DNA of 61,564 nucleotides, counting the filler, from Hausera hauseri (taxonomy: Eukaryota): NCBI GenBank assembly GCA_046269625.1. It is 10 parts of 10 records of this genome, joined end to end, with 100 filler letters (N's around TTAATTAATTAA, not from the genome) between each part and the next. Parts side by side here need not be neighbours in the genome. Positions count along the whole stretch, not along the records: positions 10,428 to 18,657 come from JBJURY010718768.1; positions 18,758 to 26,262 come from JBJURY010010567.1; 8 more parts are not named here. The stretch is one strand, 5' to 3'. Positions 11,845-25,381 of this stretch are shown piece after piece. Under the pieces are notes generated by a model, which was given only the letters and a program-made list of their open reading frames with translations, did not search any database and was not told where the DNA came from. Both the position numbers and the translations under genes were made by a program. Position 1 is the first letter of the stretch. Each line of letters starts with the position of its first letter.

Positions 11845-13190
11845 TTAATACAGCAATTTTTTGGTAATCAATCGACAAAACGCAATTAGAATTATGAGAG
11901 CAAATATTGATATTCCAATAATCGATATTAATGACAAGGTTGTGTGTTCGGTTAAATTTTTCATTTTAGCAGTAGATGTCACCTCATAATCCGTTTCGTC
12001 ATCAGTTAATGATCTCGTTGAGGCAATTTCATTTACGTTTCGTACCTCGAATGTTCTATTTTGTTTATTTTCTACACCTACTTGTACGATGCAATCCGTT
12101 TTAGGTTTCAAGTAGGTACATTTGACCTGATGGCTACCCTTATCCAGCGTTACTTTTTGATTGTGGTATATTGTTTGACAGTCAATCCTTACATCGTAAT
12201 TAAATGCTTTTTTCACAACAAAAGTTATTTCGCGCTGTTGTGTCCAGTATTTTACCGGAATTATTTCTAGATCCTTCTGAGGCAATCTATTCATTGGAAT
12301 AATTCTGACGGATGCAGGAATGGCAGATTTTGTTTTCGTAGTGGTTATTCTACTTGTTCTTATTCCAAGCAAATTCTGCTCAATTGGGTTTCTAAATCGG
12401 TAACTTCCTAGATAAATACTAGACTGGTTTGGTCTGACTTCATATAAGACCACTTGAATTCTATATTTATATTTCCGGGGTAACTTGCAGCATTTTTTGG
12501 TTACTCGACGTCGATTTGACAGTACTGTTGGTTGGTAGCTGGTATGTTCTCTTCCAGAAACCGGACTGAGATTACTCGACCGTTAATTAATCGTTCTTTT
12601 GTGTTTATTTGAACACAATTGTCCTTTGGGTTTTTTGTTATGCTGGCGATACTTTCTTCCAGCATCCGCTTTACTGGGTCGACGGATTGGAGAATTTCGT
12701 TAGGTTTTATCCCATGATGTTTGTTCCAAGCATGGATAACTAATTGAAATTTTGGTTCTATTTCGTAGATTTTAGATAATTTCGGTGAATACAGTCGATA
12801 GGTAAGATTATAAGTATGTTCGAAATCCGTACTGCAACATTGCATATGCTCTTCAGGCTCGAAATTACAATTCCTTGTTTTTTTTGTCATTATATCATCT
12901 AGGACAATTTGAAGTCTTCTAACATTGTGGTGTGGTCTATGTACCTTAAATCCAACGCATGTGACGTTCGGCGAATAATAATGGATATTGACTGACTGTA
13001 ACAACGTAATTCCTTCTTGTCTTTGGATTTCTTTTAATGTTGATCTCTTTTCTGTTCCGTATACATTCTTTAGGGTAGATTCGTCGTGCCACCACTTAGC
13101 TTGTGCTCTCGGAGTACAAGAAGCAATTAACGATAATGCTAAAACTATCTGCACATACGATATGGGTCTGGTGATAACTGACGAGGTCTT
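11845..13190 (-). pseudogene. Env-like type I membrane protein in frame behind integrase
   Basis: After HYNLRPR the IN frame continues into a signal-like ISYVQIVLALSLIASC and a Cys-containing ectodomain. After one frameshift near 12480 it ends in TM LSLISIIGISIFALIILIAF plus a short basic tail. Confidence 0.6.
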
Positions 13191-13199
13191 GTTTTCTCG

Positions 13200-16100
13200 T
13201 GGTCTTAGATTGTAATGTTTAGCTGGCCTTATAGCTGTTTTAACTACTCTTTGAATCGATACAAGTTCCTCTTTTCCGGTTTTATTGACATAAACCATGG
13301 TTGGTGTTGTACGGATGATTTCATATGGTCCTCTTACAGTACGTGTTAATTTCAAGGATGTACCTTTCTTTGCGACTGGATAATGTATGTAAACCCAATT
13401 TCCCTTTTCCAGATCATGAGGTTTAGTCTTTTTATCGTATTGTTTTTTGAATTGTTTCTGATATTCGAGTGGTAATGTTTTCGCAACCTCCCAACACTTT
13501 TGTAATCTTGTTTGTAAGACTTCGGCAAAGTTTTGCTCTAAATCCGCAAGATTTTTTTCATATGGCGTCATGCCTAGGTCGGTAAGTAAGATTGCCTCTC
13601 GTCCATACATCATAAAGAACGGTGTAAATCCTGTTGCTGTATGTAGAGTCGTATTAATCGCAAATTGTGTTCCTTCCGAAAATTCATCCCAATCTTTTTG
13701 ATCTTTTGCCACTATTGTTGGTAGTATACGAATAACTGTTGAATTCATCCGCTCGACCATTCCATTACATTGGGGATGGTACGCAGTAGCGGTTAAACGT
13801 TCAACTTCAAATATTTTGGTAATCTTTTCCAATAGTTCTCTTGTGAATTTCCTTCCTCTATCCGTTAAAATTTGTTCTGGTGGTCCATATCTGCAGATGA
13901 TTTTTCTTACTGCTGCATCGGCTAAAGTTTCTGCCTTTTGGTATAATAGTGCCACTAGTTCTACAAAGTGCGTTAGTCGGTCCACACATGTGAGGATATA
14001 CCTGTTATTTTTGCGAGTTTTAGGCAAGGGTCCTACTATATCCATAGACATGGCTTGCTTGGGCCTATCTAATACGTTTATGGGTTTTCATTCTGCTACG
14101 TAGCCTTTCGTTTTCTTTTGTTTTGTCGCGCAAACTTCGCACGCTCCTACTCAATTCTTTACGTCAATATAGATACTTGCCCAGTAGTATTTATTCAATA
14201 TTCTTTTCAATGTCTTGTTCTAGAACATATGTCCGGCTAAATATGAATCATGTTCGGCCATGAGTACTTCGGTGCGCAACTCTTTTGGAATAACTATTAG
14301 TCTTCGTCCCTTTCGTTCGTAATACAAGATATTATCCTGGTTTGAGGCGTGATATTTATGTCCGTATTTCTGCAGGTGCTTCTTCAGTTGTCGTCCCTTG
14401 GGCATTTCGCCGTTTTGTGCGAACTTAACTATTTGCTGAATAACTTTATCTTGGGCTTGCTCGGCTGTACTTCTAATTGTCTTATCCATTATTAGAGTTC
14501 GTTGCCGTTCGATTAGTTGTTCGAGTTTCGGATTTTTTGCTATAGTAATTGCACTCGTTTTTGTCTTAAGCCTTGATAGTGCGTCAGCGTCGACGTGTTT
14601 ATTTCCAGGTTTGTATTGGAATTCAATGTTATATAGTGAGATCTCTTCAATCCAAAGGTTTAATCTACATGTTGGATTATTAGCTAGTCCTTTCAATGTC
14701 GTAACTGCCTTGTGGTCGGTTACTATAATAATCCTTTGTCCATAGACATAGACATTGAAATGTCGTAGTGTTTCCTTAACGGCTAACGTTTCTAATTCGG
14801 TAACCAAATAACTCTTCTCCGCTTTCTTTAGTGAACGTCCACCATAGGCTATCGGGTGTTCTAATTCTTCGTCTTCTCTTTTCTGAGCTAATTCGTATAC
14901 TATGCCTTCTTTACTTGCATCTGTTTTAACGATTAATGGTAGATTAAAATCTGGGTATCTTAAAACTAGTTAACTTGTCAAAATTTTCTTCGTTTCGTCG
15001 AATGCCTTTTGTTCCACTTCTGTCTATCTCCACTTAGTTTCCTTTTTGAGTAGGCGATATAGTGGTGCGTTAATTTTTGAATTTTCCGGCACGTAGGTGG
15101 CATAATACCCACATAGGCCTAACCAATGTCTCAACTCTTTTTGATTCTGTGGTTCCATACAATCGGATATTTTATCTAGCAGGGATTTATCTGGCTTTGA
15201 TCCTTCTTCTCCAACTATGTGTTCGAGATACGATACTGCATTTTGAGCCCATTTACATTTCTTTGGATTCAGCTTCAAACCTGCTTGTTCTAGTCGCATG
15301 AGGGTATGTTCAATATCAATTAAGTGTTCCTCCTCCGTTTTTGATGCTATCATCACATAGTCTAAGTACGCCAATGCATGATCCAGTCCCATGAGCATCT
15401 TATTCATCATTCTAGTAAAAATAGCTGGTCTTGTGATGATGCCGAAAGGCATAACGTTAAATTCATATACGCCATCGTGTGTTTTGAACGTTGTCTTATA
15501 TCGATCCTCTTCTTCGATTTCCATCTGCCAGTATCCAGATTGTAAGTGGTAAACCATTTTGCTCCTGAAAGTCTGTCCAAAGCATCCTTTACTGACGGTA
15601 GGGGAAACGAGTCTTTCATCATCAGCGTGTTTAATGCCCGATAATCTATACAAAACCGATGTTTTGTAGTTCCTTTCTTCTTAACCATAAGTATAGGCGA
15701 GAACCACGATCGGTAGCTTGGTCGAATTATATCGGCCTTTAACATCCGCTCTACTTCCTTAGTTATCTCCGGCCTCAATGAATAAGGAGGCGGATACCTC
15801 TTGGGCATTTCCTGTTCTTCTAGATCGATTTCGTCATTTGAGCTGGGTTTTTTCCTTAATGGAATTGTTAATCTTAGAGCTTTTGCTTTACCTATGTCTT
15901 CTTCGTTTTGTGCAATTATCGAACTGTATTTGCATAATAATTTGTAAAACTTGCAATACGCTTCCGGAGAGAATTTGGTTTCGACGTGAGGTGGAAATTC
16001 AGCGCACTTGTATGGTTTCCCTTCTACTGTTATTGCCGATACTCTACAAGTGTGCCCTAGAGTAGTGTTAGCGTACAATCGTACGGGAATTGGTGCATTG

Positions 16101-16700
16101 TTCACTAATCTGATAGGTTTTCGTTTCATCACTACTCTACATAGAATATTGTTAATCATGAGATTTGGATCGATATTCTCTTGAGGTTCAAAATATACCG
16201 GCAGATCTTCGTCTTGACGAATCTGTGCGTAAATTCTCATTTCGATCTTGGGCGAGATATCTTCGTAAACCGGGATTTATACTTCGTCCGATTTTCTCCT
16301 TTATTACTTTTGTACCATTTATTGGTTCGAGTTCCACTAATTTTCCAGTATGCAAATCAATTGCCATACCTGGTATCCGTTTCAATATATCACAACCTAA
16401 CACTACATCGTCTGTCAACTGGTCCATTACCGCGAATTCATGTTGAAATGCTTGGCCTATCATATAAACGGTAGGTGTCCACTTAAATTTCGGCTTCGAT
16501 ACCCGTCCAAATGCTCCTATGCTACCAGGGTCCGATGATAATGGTGGGTATAGTTGGTCGCGTAGTGTAATTGGTATTGATTCGTGTTTTATGAACGACT
16601 TTTCTGATCATGTGTCGATTAAGGCGTATACCTCCCAAATCTCGATGTATATTTTAGCGAAATGTCTTCCCTCTACTACAGTTCCATGGCAATTTGATGT
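13200..16700 (-). pseudogene. Ty3/gypsy pol (protease, RT, RNase H, integrase), disrupted
   Basis: ALIDT*SEKSFI (PR, near 16610); SWFSPILMVKKK..RFCIDYRALN, SGYWQ, MPFG, YLDY (RT); KTDAS, ELETLAV, TDHKA, DALSR (RH); HDSYLAGH, MDIVGPLP, TDRG, YHPQCNGMVERMN, GPY (IN). Confidence 0.95.
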
Positions 16701-17161
16701 TATTTTTCACTGTCTTATAGTAGAGACTCTAATCCATTTATCGTTATTTCTGAGGACGAAATGATATCTTGCCTTAGTTGTCTTAATTCTCCATTCGAGT
16801 AAAAATCATTATTTGTTATTTCCGTGACGTGTTCATCAATGAGGGGTTCTTGAGGTAAGGGTCCTGCGATCGAACATAGCCTCGGGTTCTCGCAGATCGT
16901 TGATTTTGATTCTATGTGACGAGGTATCCTTTTGGAGTACAATATTCCGTGGTCGTTTTCTGTTGGTCCTTTGTTGATAACATTTATTTTCCGTAGTACT
17001 CCATATTGTTTTGTTTTTCCATAAGGGTCTTCATAGTCCAGGGATTTTCGGTAGATATCGGATCTGTATGATATGACTGATTTCTGATCGCAGTCCTCAT
17101 ATATTGGCGTAGTTGGTGGCATGATGGGTATTGGTACGTACGTCCTGTGTAGCTTTACTCT

Positions 17162-18657
17162 CTAATTTCCTTCTCCTCCCTTAGGCTCGTCATCATCTGA
17201 ATCATCGTTTCGTGTTACCATTCTCTTATTTTTACGTCTATACAGAATCGAATGTTTTCCTCGTCGTTTGAGATTATAGTATCCGACATGGCGTTCTACA
17301 TCATTTTTCCATCGATTTTCCTCGTAGGCCTTGAGCATTTTCCCAAAGGGTGTAATAATTGCAGTTAAAATCTTACAGGAGAATCCGGTTAATGTAAATA
17401 TTTCGCATCCGTTGATGATAGCTTGTATTACTGCTTTAATTAACTGAACTAAGAAGTAAATGGCTAAAAATCCAGATGCAGCTTGACCGAAAATCACAAA
17501 TCTTCTCCAAATCTTGTACAATATTTCTGAAGTCACTCTTTGGTAGTGATTAGCGCCAAGTAGAGATTCCCACTTAGCCTGATATCGGGCATCGTCTACT
17601 ACAGAGGCCATGGCTCGGTTTAATTCATGCTTTCGTTGTCGTGGGAAAGCGAGGAATTGTCTAAAGGCTTCAATCTCCTTAGGCCTATATATGCCTTTCG
17701 ATGAAGTGTCCTGAAATTTATCGTCCGTAATTCCTTTCGCAAGATTTGTTCCTGTTAATTTGTTTGGGATGGTAGTAATACCTCCATTCGGTAAACTGAC
17801 CCAGTCTGTCTCACTACGCCTAAACATGGGCTCTTCTAAGCTCGCTTTACAATCTTTAAGGATAGTGGGTTGGGTTGCATTATCCAATAATAGTCTCGTC
17901 AATGGTGTAGCTAGTCTAGGAGTGTTCTAATAGATGAGAGGAAGTTCCTGGATGCACCGTTTCTCTTCTACATTGATGGGTACATTTCTCTTTTCACATT
18001 CGTAAGTTAGTATTACTTCGTCTGTAACTCGACCAAAGATTCCCTCTCTCATAGGAATTATTGGAGAAGCCAGTTCTGGATTGGCATATATAAGAGTCAG
18101 TTTTGTCCCCATGATCTCAGTATCCAATTTACAGTCGTTCGTTACCATTTTGTGGTATAACTCAGTTATTCCAGTTTGTCCTTTGTAATAAAAATAATCG
18201 TCTCTATTCTTCAGATAGTTCTCGATCCTGATATCTTGTGTTTCCAACTTATAAGTCCTCGCATTTACCTAAGTTTCGGCTACGAAAAACGCTTTGTAGT
18301 TAGTATCAAACATTACCACATCACAACGTGACATCATTTTATTCTTGATAAATTTTAGTCCGTGTTGATCGGAGATTAATATGATGGGCGTAGGATGTTT
18401 CAATACATCCTCGCGCATCCTTGAATTGGTATCCCATTTATCCACGTATCGTTTCCCGGTGGTCTTATTAAACTTTAGTTCTTTGATTTTAATAAAATTA
18501 CAACTTCTTCCTGAGAGGGTTCCCATATTATAACTGAGCTGCTAAGGGCACGGGTTCCATCTTGTAAATGACATTTCTGGTTCTCCGTATATAACTTGGT
18601 GACGCTATGAAACATTACTTTCTGTGTTCTCATTTCTGATTCGTAGAAATCCACAAC
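17162..18657 (-). pseudogene. Chuvirus (Jingchuvirales)-like glycoprotein, C-terminal part, in-frame stops
   Basis: Three same-frame ORFs with CEK..V......CIQELP, KGIYRPKEIEAFRQFLAFPRQR and IWRRFVIFGQAASGFLAIYFLVQLIKAVIQAIINGCEIFTLTGFSCKIL. These match the GIY...FP.ER / W..F..FG...G...IK...I.G.....GW signature of chuviral G. Confidence 0.75.
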
Positions 18658-18757
18658 NNNNNNNNNNNNNNNNNNNNNNNNNNNNNNNNNNNNNNNNNNN
18701 NTTAATTAATTAANNNNNNNNNNNNNNNNNNNNNNNNNNNNNNNNNNNNNNNNNNNN
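18658..18757. other. Artificial contig spacer
   Basis: 44 N + TTAATTAATTAA + 44 N. Confidence 0.98.
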
Positions 18758-20421
18758 TTAGAGTTAACTATAGACCAGTAATGGTTAATTTTAGGGAAAA
18801 TGTCTGTGTTTCAATATTTTATTAAAATTTAGTATTATGTGAGTGTGTGTGTGTGTGTGTAGACCTTTTCATATGTGTTTATTTTGTAAAATAGGATTCT
18901 TTGTAAAAGTGATATAAATGTATGATTGTTGCTGTCATTATTAGCAGATGAAAGGCCAGAGTTAGTCATGGAGTTTGATGCCAGTCATAGAAGTAAAGAG
19001 GAGGAGGAGGACACAGGTGAGGAAGACGAGCGGACAGGTGAGGGGAGTGAGGATAAAGAGGAGGAAGGACAATTAAGCAGGACCCACAAAAAACAGTGTT
19101 GGCTACTTTGGAGGTTGTTTTTTGTTATAAACTGAATTGTGTTTTATTTGTATCATTGATCACATGCTACATGCACACACAGTGGTTTTTATTAAAGAGA
19201 AACAGTGTTTTTATACTTCGAATCAAGTAATTGTGTTAAAAATCAGCTATTCATGTTAAAATTATGGTCCCACTTGGATCCGTCATGTGATCAGATTAAA
19301 GACCTCCAAGTCAAGCTCAACCCGCCCCTGACCTTGAGTGAAGAGTGTATCTGACTTACCTTTTGGCATTTTTGACTGATCATAAATCCTAAAATGCTTT
19401 TCATAGAATTCAACAGTTACTCAAAACTCAAACATGTAGTCAAGAAAAGGTTTAATATTGATATATTATGTCTTTAAATCTGAACCCGACATCAGGTGAG
19501 TCAGGCAGCATTCAGCACCTCATTCATGTCACACACTCAATAAGTTACTGTAAACTTAGAGTTTTCCTATTGAATAGCTTAGAAAAAAGAGATTTGAACA
19601 CAGCAGAACAAGTTCAGACATGTTGTCATGGCAACATTCTAAGACATTTGTACATTTTATTCCTTCCCAAGTTGGATCAATTTATCCATGTTCCTCCTGT
19701 TTTTTGTCCTCCCCTTTGAATCTGAGCTGAAGTCAGACAGCGCCACAGAAACAGAAGCCGTAAAGAAAAAGAAGCAGAAGAAGAGGAAGAGGTGTGAGAG
19801 TGAAGAAGAGCATCCTCTTGTGATTTACTACAAGCATTTGAAGTCAGAGACCATGAATGAGATGAGACACAAACGCTGTCGCTTCAACATGGAGGACTCT
19901 GAAACTGACTTTCCACCTCAACAGATCTGCACAGACAACTGGAGGTAGCAGAGACCACTGACTCACATCAGATCCCCCTTCAAACATGTGGGGCTGCCTC
20001 TTTGTAAATATTGTAAATAATAATAAAATAAGTCAGTGTCATCAGCTGCCTGTTCTTCAGCTGAACCCACTTAAGGACTTTTTACCTGCAGGCATCATAA
20101 AGCAGGACTCAGTTGTGTCACAGACACTCAAAAAATATATGGATTGACTTCCTTTAATTTTTTAGTTATTTTATATCCTAACCCTTTCCATTTGCCCTCA
20201 AATTAACCTCACAGGTACCTACCTGACCCTAAAACTAAAATAAATTGAATTCACGACTTGGTCCTAAATCTAATCCCCCCACTTGAAATTAGCATCCGTA
20301 CCCGTGGGACCGGGCATTGGTCCCCACGATGCACATTTGGACCCCATGAGGCTGCTTTTTTCTGGAAAATAGTTCCCACGATGTAGCAAAAACATGNNNN
20401 NNNNNNGGGGGAAAAAAAAGG

Positions 20422-20452
<31 letters not shown>

Positions 20453-20599
20453 ACACAAGTTTTTCTGTTCTTCTTATGTGGACTGTGTATTGAGTTCCAT
20501 TTATTTCTGTACCCTGATCCTGATTCTTACCCTAAAGTAGTTTTTTGCAGTAAAAAGTCGAGTTTATTGGTATTTTAAGTTGCTTTTATGTCACCATGT

Positions 20600-21945
20600 G
20601 CCGTGGGGGGAAGCACGTGCTCTGCATGAGAGGCAGGAGCGGCTGCCAGACAGACCTGGTAAACCCAAATTTATAGTGAGGGTAAAGTGGGAGCTCTGGG
20701 TGGAGCCCCCTGTCTCTTTGATCTTCAACTCTCTCCTGTGGGAGAGTTATTCACATGTGAGGGACATGGAAGCTGAATGAGCCATGATCAGGGCCTCCAT
20801 TGCAGATGCTGCTTCTAGGAGCTGTGGCCTGAAGGTCATCAGTACAGGTTGCGGTGGCAACCAAAGGACCTGCTTCCAGACACCTGCAGTGATTGAGGCC
20901 ATAATGCTGAAGAAGGACTTGGGTTTCCCAGTAGACTCCTGAAGCAACTGATGGGTACAAAGTGGTCAGACGGGCAGCTTCAGGGGTTACAGGTGCAAAA
21001 ACTCAGACATGGGAGGAGTTCAGGAAGGCCAAGGGGAAGGACTTTTGGTTGGCGCCAAGAAGGTTCTGACAAACCGTTCAGTGACTCAGAAAAGGAAATT
21101 GTTCCCTGTCCGAAGCTCTACTTGGTTTGGGTTACTCGTCTCTTTAACATCGCAGGAGGACTGGGACAACTCCTGTGGAGTGGCAGACTGGGCCGATGGT
21201 TTCCATTTGTATAAAAGGGGGATCAGAGAGTTTGTTCTAACAATTGTGGGATCACAGTTCTCGCCCTCCCCTGCTAAGTTTACTCCAGGGTGTTGGAAGG
21301 GAGGCTCTGACTGATAGTGGAACTTCATATTCATGAGCAGCAGTGTGGCTTCTGTCCAGGACGTGGAACAGTGGACCAGATCTTGACCCATGTGGAGTTT
21401 CTAAGGGGGTCGTAGGAGTTTGCCTCTCCGGTCTACATCTGTTTTGTAGATTTGGAGAAAGCTTCTTTTCCTCAGGGTTCTGCGGCAGTATGGAGTGTCT
21501 GGGTTTCTATTAAGAGCGATCCAGTCCCTGTAGAACCAAAGCAGAAATATGTCCACATTCTTGACATAAAGTTGAGCTCATGACTCCACCAGCACAGGGC
21601 TGCCCCTTGTCTCCAGTCCTGTAGGTTCTGTTTATGGACAGAATTTAAAGACTCAGTGGAGAGGAGGGGTCTGGTTTGGAAATATTAGGGTCTCATCCCT
21701 GCTGTATGCATATGATGTGGTTCTGTTGGCATCTTTAGGTCAAGACCTCTAGACGTGTTCTGGGTACGTCCTACTGGTAGGAGGCCACAAGGAAGGACTT
21801 GAAGGAGAGATTATGTATCCTCTCTGGCATGGGGAAAACTTCACGGATGAGCTGGAAAGTGTTGCTGGGGAGAGGGATGTCTGGGGGTCTCTCCTGGACC
21901 TGTTGTTTCCACAACCTGACTACTGATGGCAGAAGATGCAGTTGG
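20600..21945 (+). mobile_element. Old, internally deleted Rex3/Expander (RTE clade) LINE, teleost-type
   Basis: EFASPVYICFVDLEKA, QYGVSG.LLRAIQSL, QGCPLSPVL, FMDRI, SSLLYAYDVVLLAS, plus a 3' end resembling Rex3 (GGAGAGATTATGTATCC...GCTGGGGAGAGGGATGTCTGGG). Confidence 0.8.
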
Positions 21946-23799
21946 AAATTCAAATTGGCACGTACCAGTGAACAACTTGCAATTTTTTCTTGAAACATAA
22001 ATTCTGTGAAAGATTGGAGGATGCTCTATAATCTTTTTTATTTTCAGCCTGGTTATTAAATCATCACCTACTTGCAAATCTTCAAAGTTGATTTCTTTAA
22101 ATTATTGTCTCCATTTGTTCATCTTTAAAATTTAGCTCCATTACTGACAAGGAGTTCTTTATTAGATTTTTGAAGTACAAAAGTGTCTGTAAATGTAAAT
22201 TATTTCTTTTGGTACCAAAATCAAATGTTTAAAGAAATTTTGTTACATTTATTAATATGTCTTGCTTTTTTAATCTTTGCAAACTAACTTTGACATATTT
22301 TCCCAAATAAAATATCGTTCTTTTTTATACTAAAATTTCAGATTTTGGACAATTTTGTTATTGGTAATTTAGGTATAGATTTTACAATTTGTTGCAAATA
22401 TTTCTACAAATTCAGGCACAGACGCAAACTGTGCTCAAAACAGACCAAGAAGCAGAGCTTTTTCTTTTGCAGGGTAAAGCAGAAAAAGCTTTGATGGAGA
22501 GGAGTTTTATAACTGAAGAGTTGTGTTCTTTTCATGTAACATAAAATAATATCTAGTTATTCAAACAAATACAATACACCATACAAGGTGTTTTCTTTAA
22601 GTAATGATTTTAAGATGGGAGCAGCTTTGAGAGTTTTGTTGATCTTGGTTCTCTTTTCATGTAAAAAAGTCTTTAATTACTGTCGTGGAGTTCTTTATTT
22701 AACAAACACAGAAATACGTGGTCCAAAGATGAAGGTACTCTGTTGAAGATTCAGCTGAGTTTTATTGCAACAACAGGAACACAGAGAACAACAAAGAGCC
22801 ATCAGACTGTCCCCCTGCTCTCTGCTCCTGCTCTGTTCCCACTCTGCCTCTTCACTGGCAGTCAAGGCCTAATATATACTGTTTAACAAACACCATTATG
22901 TCATCTTAATAAAGCAAGATTTCATCCCAAGGAAATGCTAGGTCAAGGGAAAGCACAAAGATAAACACAATTGATATCTAAGAATGATTGTTAGCAAATC
23001 TGGTTCTGACTTTAAACATTCTATCTACTGATAAACAGCATGTCATGAAAACCTGGGTCATTAAAGTATGTCATGAATTACTGGCATAAACCTGGAAAAG
23101 TAATATTACCATCACATAGATCTTTAAATCAAACCAACTTTTGATAAATATTAGCCATCTCCACACAACAGTCTCCTTAAAGGACAAACTTTTGGACATT
23201 TATGAGAAAAAGATGTTTTTTCAATATGAGAGTTTTAAAACAGTAAGTTTTCCTTCATAAAGTGAAAATGTATGCAGCTGTTTGGATGGAAATTCAGAGT
23301 TTTTAGCTGAAGTCTTAACTTTTCTGTTGCTATTTTCAGTTTCTGTGGATCAGGGAGGAAAACATTGCACTCAGATGATGACAGATGTTATTATAGACAG
23401 TAAACTTCGAACCCCAAAGATGTAGAGAGAACGGTGTAATCTCATGTACTTTTATAAAGAACAAAGAATTCGATTGGAGTGCGATTTTGAAGATGACAGA
23501 TTTATTATTCAAGAAAATCAAGGTTTATTGACTAGTACCGATACATTGAGCAACTCCTCGCAGTAAAGAGATTTTGAATTTGGTTTTGAGAAAATTTCTG
23601 GAATAATTTTTTGTCGGATTTTTTATGTCGCATAATAAAATGAATTATTTATCTTTTATATTTAATTTCATGATTTAATAGTTTGTTATATAATTTGATG
23701 AAATTACTATGCCTAAATTATCCTGAAATATATACATTGATCAGCCAACAATCAAACCGGGAATTGTTTTAATATAAGTTATATTATGGGTTTTTATAG

Positions 23800-24535
23800 A
23801 AATTAATATTATAGGGAACATATGAAGATAATAACGACTAGTTTAGAAGTAACATGGATGAAAAATCAGGTAATATCTAGGTGATACTGGTATAATATGT
23901 AAGTAATATTGATGATATGTAGGCACATATATGAGGAAAATATATGAGGAATCATGGGGAACGTGAGGAATATATGGGCAATATTGAGGGAATATATGGG
24001 GAATATATGAGGAACATATAGGAAATATATGGGTAATATGTTGGAGATTAATTATGGAGAACACAGACAATATATGGGTGATATGTGAGCAAAATACGTG
24101 TGTGACATTCAGGTAATATATGACTTACATAAGTTATATGTGCGCACAGTAGGTAAAATACATGTAAAATGTAGGCAAAGCATGAGCTACATAAGCAGAA
24201 ATATATCAGGATTATAAGGCATAGGGATGGAATAAAGGAGGATTATAGGGAATATAGTGAGGAATTATAGCAAGATAATAATGATTAGTTAGGGAATATG
24301 CCAGTAATATAGAGGGAATATACTAAGATAATAAGGATTAGTTAGGGAATATATAAAGAGAATATACCAAGATAATAAGGAATCAATAGGGAATATATGC
24401 GGAATACATGGTATTATGGAGGATAATAGGGAATAAGTAGGGAAGATTGTATGGAATAGAGAGGGAATATACCATTATAATAAGGAATCATGAGGGAATA
24501 TACCAAGATAATGAGGACTAGTTAGGGAATATATA
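23800..24535. repeat. Degenerate low-complexity A/G-rich repeat (GGGAATATA / AAGATAATAAGGA units)
   Basis: Recurring GGGAATATA motifs with strong C depletion on the + strand. It abuts the pPolB fragment. Confidence 0.7.
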
Positions 24536-24539
24536 GCCC

Positions 24540-25135
24540 AAGGATGGCTTTCGTAGCCAGCTGTCGGACTGTGATATCAGCAATGAGGACTACCGGCACG
24601 TTCAGAACGTCTGGCATGCATTCCAATACCGAACATTAGGAGAATGTAGTGATATTTACCTCAAAACGGACGTGCTGCTAACAGATGTCTTTGAGAGTTT
24701 CAGGGACGTTACGATAAAGAGCCATGCATTGGATCCGGCTCATTTCTTTACGGCTCCAGGGATGAGCTGGGTAGCTATGTTGAGATATACCGCACAAGGC
24801 CGCATATTATTAAGGTTTATAACATGATCCTTATGATCGAGCGAGGTATAAGAGGTGGAATATGCCAGGCCATCATACATAGATTCCAACAACTTGTATG
24901 AATATGCAATGAGTGCCCCATTGTCATATGATAATTTCAGGTGGGTTAAGCATCCGGAAGACATCCCTATCATGGACCTGGATCCCAGTGGATATACGGG
25001 CTACATACTGGAAGTGGATATAGAATATCCGACTTCCATCCACACAAGGCATCAACAGCTACCTTTCCTCCCTGAAAGCAGACCACCACCTGATGGAAAA
25101 CATAAGAAACTACTTTGCCATCTAGGTAATAGGGA
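24540..25135 (+). pseudogene. Internal fragment of a second protein-primed PolB
   Basis: ISNEDYRHVQNVW..F..RTLGE.SDIYLKTDVLL.DVFESFR...LDPAHFFTAPGMSW, IERGIRGG, YIDSNNLY.YAMS, GYILEVDIEYP..H...LPFLPE. Truncated at both ends. Confidence 0.9.
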
Positions 25136-25381
25136 CATGTGGCATTGTAGATATGTACATATTTTTATTCTTTGTTGTTCTTTGTTATTGCTTGTTTCAA
25201 TAAATCTTGTATAGAAATATCGTGTTGTTGTCTTATTGATTAAGTAATGTGGGAGGTGGGGTAAAGCCAAGTAAAACTAAATAACTACTATATAGTTTAA
25301 GACCAAGTAAGTAATCAATAAATTTGAAATTTGAATAATCAATACATATTTTACTTATATTAGTCTTTTCATTAATTCAAA

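Larger units (their letters stand above)
10578..18657 (-). mobile_element. Decayed Ty3/gypsy-type retroelement: chuvirus-like G - PR - RT - RH - IN - membrane protein - exonuclease-like ORF
   Basis: All ORFs are co-oriented on the minus strand with uniform composition. The 5' end runs off the contig; no gag or LTR was recognised. Confidence 0.8.

Noticed and set aside
6735-18657. Stop-codon reassignment to explain in-frame stops
   Set aside because: All three stop codons occur at positions of different expected residues, alongside many frameshifts. Decay explains this better.
18926-19948. Short acidic and Lys-rich ORFs in fish-like DNA
   Set aside because: Could be terminal exons, but no family or consistent gene structure could be supported.
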